The notes under the pieces were generated by a model. It searched no databases. It was given only the letters and a program-made list of their open reading frames with translations, and was not told where the DNA came from. This document shows, in pieces, positions 58,153 through 64,000 of a DNA stretch of 64,000 nucleotides (within the stretch, counting starts at the first letter, position 1; the number at the start of each line of letters is the position of its first letter). The translations under genes were made by a program, and so were the position numbers. This DNA is from Chlamydiia bacterium. GTDB lineage: Bacteria > Chlamydiota > Chlamydiia > Chlamydiales > 2-12-FULL-49-11. The stretch lies in the NCBI GenBank assembly GCA_044359535.1, contig JBIKLZ010000003.1, forward strand, positions 32,215 through 96,214. The letters are read 5' to 3'.

Positions 58153-58605
58153 ATGGAAAATAAAGAAGAAAGAAAGGAAAATAAAGGGTTTACAGTTTCT
58201 GAGTTAGAAGGAACAGCAAAGCGTTATGCAACAGAGATAGGGCTTGCAGTGATATTTATTGTTACAGCCATGTTTACCCTTATTTGGGGTGGATCTATGA
58301 TGGTTTGGTCTATTCTTTTATGTATGATTTTTGCCATTGTTGGGGCTGTAGTTTCTGGGTCAATGGGTTCATGGTTTAATAGGGCTGTTGATTTTATCTA
58401 CAGAGACAAAATTGTTCTGATCGTTTCAGGGGTTGTTTTAACAATTATTGGGATATTTGTCCCCGTCTTGATTTTTGGACTAGTGGGGCTTATTGCTGGG
58501 GGAGCGATATCAGTAGCGATGAAAAAGAAAAAAGGGCACTGTTGTTCATCGACAATTGATACCAAAGGGGGGGTAAATCCTTCCTCTAAAGAGATGCCGA
58601 AATAA
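58153..58605 (+). CDS. Hypothetical membrane protein (about 4 TM)
   Basis: Two long hydrophobic hairpins with charged termini. Confidence 0.7.
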   Translation: MENKEERKENKGFTVSELEGTAKRYATEIGLAVIFIVTAMFTLIWGGSMMVWSILLCMIFAIVGAVVSGSMGSWFNRAVDFIYRDKIVLIVSGVVLTIIGIFVPVLIFGLVGLIAGGAISVAMKKKKGHCCSSTIDTKGGVNPSSKEMPK

Positions 58606-59152
58606 ATAAAAGAAGGGTACCCCCTCTTTTTTTTTCTTTATAAATAGAAAAAGGAGAAAGGGGAAGGGCTTTTATCAAGGTTTGGTGCAAGGGGTCGGTT
58701 TCTAAGCAAACCACCCCTCCCTCTTTAAGAATTTTTTTTTCAAGAATGAGGGAGAAAATAGCCTTAAGAATGTCAATATCTATTGAATAGGGGGGGTCTA
58801 AAAAAAGGATGTCCACCAAATGGCTATCTAGGTCTTTAAGGGTTTTAAGCGCCTCTTGTTGAAAAAGGGTGGTTTGGTCTTTAATACCAAAAAAGGCTAC
58901 ATTTTCTTTGATCGTTGCCATTTGAAGTTTACCTATGTCATTAAAAATGACATGGTTAGCCCCTCTGCTTAACGCTTCAATTCCCAAGGATCCGGAACCG
59001 GCAAAAAGATCAAGAACGGTGGCTCCTTCTAATTTACTCATCAAAGTGTCAAAAATAACTTTTCTTGAAAAGGAAGTTGTCGCTCTTGTTAGGGGTGTAT
59101 TAGGAACTTTAACCTTCTTCCCTTTAAATTTTCCGCTGGAAATATAAGTCAT
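58586..59152 (-). CDS. rsmD: 16S rRNA m2G966 methyltransferase
   Basis: ISSGKFKG, LDLFAGSGSLGIEALSRGA, FLDPPY. Confidence 0.93.
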   Translation of the reverse strand: MTYISSGKFKGKKVKVPNTPLTRATTSFSRKVIFDTLMSKLEGATVLDLFAGSGSLGIEALSRGANHVIFNDIGKLQMATIKENVAFFGIKDQTTLFQQEALKTLKDLDSHLVDILFLDPPYSIDIDILKAIFSLILEKKILKEGGVVCLETDPLHQTLIKALPLSPFSIYKEKKRGGTLLLFISASL

Positions 59153-59264
59153 AGCTTAAGTGTAGCATAAGATGGAATAAAGAGTCACCGATCTAAAAAG
59201 TGAGGGGCAAATAGGGTGTAAATGGATAAGGGGGGGGATAATAATTTAAACTATATAAATATAA

Positions 59265-61925
59265 TTAGGGGATAGGCAAAATTAAGTCACTTTCTTTACC
59301 CCATTTTTTTGCTTCAAGAAGGTCATGTTCATCATAGGTTTCAACAAAAGAGGCAAGGGATAAAAGGGCTTTTTGAGCGTACAGCTTTTTAATCACACTG
59401 CTTCTTGCTTTTCTAGCAGTGGTTAAAGGAATTTCTTTTAGAATGTTGATCCATCGATCTCCAGAGCGACCCTGAATAAAGACTCGAGAATTTTTTCTTT
59501 CGCTACTTGTCCCATAAAAGGTAAAGGCTTTATCAGCAAGGACAATTGGCCCCACTTTATCGGAAATATAAGCTTGGGTTGAGTCATTACCAGGAAAAAA
59601 GATCTGTACATCGTGAATCAGTGGATGTTTAATATGCTTTGTTAAGACTGAAAATTTTCGTGAGAATGAAGCATGTGTCGGTGTATGTAGAGAAAATCCG
59701 TGATGCAACTTTGCAAGCAGTGATAGCATCCCTTTGTTATTTTCATCGCTTACCTGTGCTGTGTAAAGAGAAAAATTTTCACTCTTTGTTTCAGTAAGAT
59801 CTTTCAAAAGTTTTTGATCCACTCTAATATTATTTGCAAATTTCCCATCTGAAAGAAAGAGACAGGCTGTATGGGCCAATTTTTTTGAGGCTAAGGTTTT
59901 TTCCTTTTTTATAAGCTCAACTACATCAGTAAATGAGGTTTTTTGCCCTTGATCAACCTTTTTCAAGTAGCGTTTTGCAAATCCTTTTGCATGGCTTGTG
60001 GGGTGAGGATTTTGTTCATGAAGCATCTGTACCTTTCCTTTTGAAAGGATAGCAATGTTAAAGGTGGAGGTAGGATCTAGATGATCAAGAGAGGCGATGA
60101 TTGCCTCTTTAAAGAGGGCAAATCTGTGGCTTTCTATCGATGATGAGGTGTCTAATACATATAAAACATGGACGGGTAAAGGGGGCATAACATCTTGCAA
60201 TCGAAGACTGCAAGAAAAGTTGTTCCCTTCTAATGAAGGGTTTAATAAAACTTTTGTCTCTAATATACAACTATCTGAAAAAGAATCGGTATTTAATTCA
60301 GCAAGGGAGGGCTGGTTAAATAACCATCCTTGGGTCATTCTATAGGTTCTATTGACCAGCAAAGACTCTTCAAAAGAAAGAGTATGTGAATCAATTAAGG
60401 GAAGAGATAGGGTAGGAAAAAAGGGGGTGGGAACTGTTTTTGCCCCTCCAGATAGAAGAAAGAAATTCTCTTTAACCCTCCAGTTTTTGACTTGAACTTC
60501 TTTAGATAGATTAGGCGCTGTCATTTCAAGGGGGGGGGTAGGGTAAAATTTTGAAGGAAGGGTAACATCACTTAAGGTAAGGAGTGTCTTTTCATCCTTT
60601 GTGTAATCGACACAAATTTTTTCTTGAATAGGGGTTACTTTATTAAAAAGAACTGTTGCTATCGGCTTTGTCTTGTCTTTAAAGGGGGTAGGGCAAAGTG
60701 TTGCATTAAATGGGTGGGGAAGAGATCGTCCTTTGGGGGTAATGGATGAAACGCTTTTGACAAACGCAGGGTGTGTGTAACAGAGTTTAGAGGCAACCTT
60801 GGACCCTTTCACCGTTTTATTTTTTGAGTGTGAATCTATTTTTTTTAAGAGAAAAGAAGAAAGAGAAGTTACTTTTGAATAGTCTGGGATGAGTGTAGAA
60901 AAACTCTTTTGATGATGTTTTATAAGACGACCCATCCTATTTTCAATAAGGTGCCTTTTTCTTTGGTTTTGAAAAGGGTATTTTGTCATTGAATAATTTC
61001 TTGTCCCCTTAGGGGGCGCGAAAGTGGCAAAGCTTTTTAAAGAGTCTTTATCGATAGATTCAGTTTTTGGAAAGAAGGGGGTTTGTAGATCCTTTGAAGG
61101 GTGAAAAAACTCTTTTTTGATTTCAAAAAAGTATCCAATACAAGGGTCATGAAGGGCTATTTTTCTTTCTATGGAGAGTGAAAGGGGTAAAATATGTGAA
61201 GGGAGTGAAAAAAAAGGGTCTTTAATATGGGGTTTTAAAATATGGGAGGGGAGGGGCTTTTTTAGTTGTGATAAAAAAGCTACGTCTTGCTCTAGGTAAT
61301 ATGAAGAAAGGGAATAAAACCCATTTGGAGGTAAAGAAATGGGGGAAGGAAAGGAATATTTTTGTCGCACTCTACTGTTACCGATCTTGCCAGAAAGGGG
61401 TTGCCCTTTATTTAATGGAAGATGTGGATGCGAGGACATTTTTTGGGGTATTTTTTCGTTCACTAAATCGATTTTATGTAATGTTTCAAGCCGGGAATCA
61501 AGTCGTTTGTCTAAGCGGGGTGAATCATTTACTGCAGGTGCTTTTAGCCCATTTTGTAAACAGTGCTCTAGATCATAGGTCGACGCAGTGTGATCATTTG
61601 GATAAAAAAGGGCTTCGATGAGTTCATGATCTTTGATCTTTTGGAGATTAAAGACAAGGTCGTTTAAAAGGTCCTCTCTTAAAAAGGGGAGGCTCATTTT
61701 TTCAATACTACCAGAGGGGGGGGTGTCCCCCTTTTTTAGGTAAAGCGTTTCTATTTGGAGCTCAACACCCATTAAAGAAGGGGAAAAGGCTCTTGGCTTA
61801 GAAGAAAAAGTGGACAGCGCTGGGGGAGCTTTTTTAAGTGGAGGATGAAAAGCAGAGACTTTTCCATGGACAATCTGGGAATAACTAAGAAGAGCTAAGA
61901 AGGGAATGAAGATCTTAAAATTCAT
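59265..61925 (-). CDS. Exported VWA-domain protein with a long Pro/Ser/Lys-rich N-terminal region
   Basis: Signal peptide; MIDAS-type YVLDTSSSI and FLSDG in the C-terminal third. Confidence 0.7.
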   Translation of the reverse strand: MNFKIFIPFLALLSYSQIVHGKVSAFHPPLKKAPPALSTFSSKPRAFSPSLMGVELQIETLYLKKGDTPPSGSIEKMSLPFLREDLLNDLVFNLQKIKDHELIEALFYPNDHTASTYDLEHCLQNGLKAPAVNDSPRLDKRLDSRLETLHKIDLVNEKIPQKMSSHPHLPLNKGQPLSGKIGNSRVRQKYSFPSPISLPPNGFYSLSSYYLEQDVAFLSQLKKPLPSHILKPHIKDPFFSLPSHILPLSLSIERKIALHDPCIGYFFEIKKEFFHPSKDLQTPFFPKTESIDKDSLKSFATFAPPKGTRNYSMTKYPFQNQRKRHLIENRMGRLIKHHQKSFSTLIPDYSKVTSLSSFLLKKIDSHSKNKTVKGSKVASKLCYTHPAFVKSVSSITPKGRSLPHPFNATLCPTPFKDKTKPIATVLFNKVTPIQEKICVDYTKDEKTLLTLSDVTLPSKFYPTPPLEMTAPNLSKEVQVKNWRVKENFFLLSGGAKTVPTPFFPTLSLPLIDSHTLSFEESLLVNRTYRMTQGWLFNQPSLAELNTDSFSDSCILETKVLLNPSLEGNNFSCSLRLQDVMPPLPVHVLYVLDTSSSIESHRFALFKEAIIASLDHLDPTSTFNIAILSKGKVQMLHEQNPHPTSHAKGFAKRYLKKVDQGQKTSFTDVVELIKKEKTLASKKLAHTACLFLSDGKFANNIRVDQKLLKDLTETKSENFSLYTAQVSDENNKGMLSLLAKLHHGFSLHTPTHASFSRKFSVLTKHIKHPLIHDVQIFFPGNDSTQAYISDKVGPIVLADKAFTFYGTSSERKNSRVFIQGRSGDRWINILKEIPLTTARKARSSVIKKLYAQKALLSLASFVETYDEHDLLEAKKWGKESDLILPIP

Positions 61926-61945
61926 GAGAGGTGTTTACCTAATCG

Positions 61946-64000
61946 TTAGAAAAGGGTCCCTTTTTTGAGTAACTCTATACTTTCATCGACTCTTTTAGAT
62001 AGATAAAGGCTCATCCTTTCCTTTTTTAGGGAAAGCAACAGTTGCTTTGCTTTTTCTGAGACATCCACACTTAAGGCTATGTGGTTATCTTTTACTTTAA
62101 TCATCGCCTCCATCCTTAAACTTTCAGCCTGAATAAATGTCATATACTGGGAAAAGAGTTTTGAATACTCATAGCTCCCTTGAGTTTGAGTGACATATTT
62201 TTCAGACATGCAGTCTTGCTTATTGGTAAAATCCTCTTGGATCCTACTTAGGAAAAATAGGTAGTTTACATGGGGATCCTTGCTTTTAGAAAGAATTCCC
62301 CGGATCTTAGCATACTCAAGGGCAGCTTCTAGATGAAGGGGTTCAGAAGGGGGGTTTTTTTGTATTTGAAGGTCCTTTAGAGCACTTAAAAGGGTAAAAA
62401 CCCCTTTATTTTCTTCATTTTTTTGACTCTTTGGAAGTTGTTCAAAGCCCAATCTCATCACACTAAATTGAGAATATTCTTCAACAAAGCTTTTTTGGAT
62501 AGGTTTTAAGGTGGTAATAAAGGTGTAGGTCTCTAAAGCATTGTCATTTTCTCCGAGGAATTCATAAGTTTTAGCCAGTTCAAAAAGGGCTTCTTTGCGA
62601 CTTGTCCATCCCCATTGTGGATGCTTTGATTGTTTTTCAATTAAAGCACCTAATATTTGTATTTTTTTCTCATGGTCATTTTTTCTTCCAAGGAGGTTGG
62701 CATATTTTAACACTTCCCATTCAAGGAATAGTTTTTCTGAAGGGATAGCTATTAATGACGACGATGTGTCAAGAAGAACCTCTTCATAAAGGGAAAACGA
62801 TCTATCAAAGCTTTCTTTATCACTTGGAAGCTCTGTATCAACGATAAAGAGTTTAGATTCTAAAAGGGGGTCAAAAAGAAAGGCGTTTGCAAGCCACAGC
62901 TTGTTTTCAAGCTTAATGTTTTTCTCTCCAAGAGATAGGGCTGTAAAAAGGTGGTCTCTTGCTTTTTGAGTAAATACTTTCTCCATTTCAGAATTTTTTG
63001 AAAGGGTAAGATAGGCATTGAAAAGTTCTAGGTGAAGGGCCCCGTTGTGTGCAAGGCTTTTATCCAAGGTCAAGGCTTTTTCTGCATGTGTGCAAAACTG
63101 CTCATAAGAAGAGCCTAATTTATGGTAGCAAAGGGCAGTTAAAAGGTAGGCTTCAGATGAATGGGAGTTTTGTCCATAGCTTGAAATAAAGGATTGTAAA
63201 TAGACAAGGGCATCGTTATATTTTTCTATTTCATAGGAAAGCTTTCCTTGCAAAAAGGCACATTCAATACATTCTTGTGGATCTAAAAGCTCTTTATGAG
63301 AGAGGACTTTATTTAAGTCATTGAGAAAATCAACCTTAGAGTACCCTTTTTTCCCCTCTTCTTGATGAGCCTTTAAAAGGTTTAATGAAGAGGATAAAAG
63401 GTGTTTCCACGCTGTCGATAAATGTTTGCTCTCCTTATATTTTGAAATAAACTCGGTAAGGGTCTTTTTAGATAAAGGCCAATTTCCATTGTTATAGGAC
63501 ACAAGCCCATATTCAAGATAAAGGAGCTCATCATCAGAAGTGCTTTTTTTTCTTTCAATCAATGTTGCAAGAATTTTTTCAGCTTCAGAAGGGTTCCCCA
63601 TTTCTTTGAGCAGCATAGCATGAATAAATTCAGCTTGAGCGATCTGTTTATCATTTGGAAAGGAATTGGAGAATTTATGAAGTGTTTCTTTATACAAAGG
63701 TTCATTTTTTAAAATTTGAGCAGTAGAAAGTTGCATAAGTAAAGCATTTCTCATCTCTTCTTTAGACCCTTCTTGAAAGGACAAAAATTGCTCTAAGTGA
63801 ATATGTGCTTCTTCATAGGATTCTAAAGAAAAATAGCTCCTAGCAATGATATATTCTAAAGTGGGCCCTTTTTCCTTTTCCAAAAGGGATGAAACTTCTT
63901 TGTAGTGAGCAATCACCTCGTCATATTTTTCTTCTTGGAAAAAAAGAATTAACCGATTTAAAGCAGAATCACCCCTTTTTTCCCCTTTTAATTGGTAAAT
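61946..64000 (-). CDS. Large TPR-repeat protein (5' end outside the window)
   Basis: Multiple TPR-like helical pairs; the frame stays open from 63916 to the window end. Confidence 0.75.
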   Translation of the reverse strand: MYQLKGEKRGDSALNRLILFFQEEKYDEVIAHYKEVSSLLEKEKGPTLEYIIARSYFSLESYEEAHIHLEQFLSFQEGSKEEMRNALLMQLSTAQILKNEPLYKETLHKFSNSFPNDKQIAQAEFIHAMLLKEMGNPSEAEKILATLIERKKSTSDDELLYLEYGLVSYNNGNWPLSKKTLTEFISKYKESKHLSTAWKHLLSSSLNLLKAHQEEGKKGYSKVDFLNDLNKVLSHKELLDPQECIECAFLQGKLSYEIEKYNDALVYLQSFISSYGQNSHSSEAYLLTALCYHKLGSSYEQFCTHAEKALTLDKSLAHNGALHLELFNAYLTLSKNSEMEKVFTQKARDHLFTALSLGEKNIKLENKLWLANAFLFDPLLESKLFIVDTELPSDKESFDRSFSLYEEVLLDTSSSLIAIPSEKLFLEWEVLKYANLLGRKNDHEKKIQILGALIEKQSKHPQWGWTSRKEALFELAKTYEFLGENDNALETYTFITTLKPIQKSFVEEYSQFSVMRLGFEQLPKSQKNEENKGVFTLLSALKDLQIQKNPPSEPLHLEAALEYAKIRGILSKSKDPHVNYLFFLSRIQEDFTNKQDCMSEKYVTQTQGSYEYSKLFSQYMTFIQAESLRMEAMIKVKDNHIALSVDVSEKAKQLLLSLKKERMSLYLSKRVDESIELLKKGTLF

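Noticed and set aside
1-64000. CRISPR arrays, IS elements, prophage genes, rRNA, riboswitches
   Set aside because: No spaced direct repeats, transposase, integrase or phage proteins were seen, and intergenic regions are short. A covariance-model search would be needed to exclude small RNAs.

Overview
A gene-dense, AT-rich 64 kb chromosomal segment, most likely from an environmental member of phylum Chlamydiota. This assignment is inferred from lineage hallmarks: TopA with a C-terminal SWIB domain, ~710 aa GreA, double-length ThyX, sigma66-type RpoD, NTT/TLC nucleotide transporters, a dusB-yggT-...-ygfA block and a gspD-E-F-G cluster. Most of the window is housekeeping (repair, transcription, transport, secretion), with one tRNA-Ala(GGC). 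No CRISPR array, rRNA, integrase or transposase was seen. Main observations: (1) two full-length primary sigma factor (rpoD) genes in tandem, each with its own promoter candidate; the upstream copy has a Thr-to-Gln change in the -10 recognition helix and an overlapping sigma54-like site. (2) A LysR regulator between two paralogous NTT transporters, with a nod-box-like tandem T-N11-A operator. (3) mutY apparently starts at a non-canonical ATT codon. (4) Candidate GspL/GspM (PilMN/PilO-like) genes lie ~47 kb from the gsp cluster. (5) Sel1-repeat effector-like paralogs, a secreted protein with abutting Asp-boxes, a PagL-like barrel with an altered catalytic motif, and an orphan TpsB. All calls come from reading motifs by eye; no searches were run.
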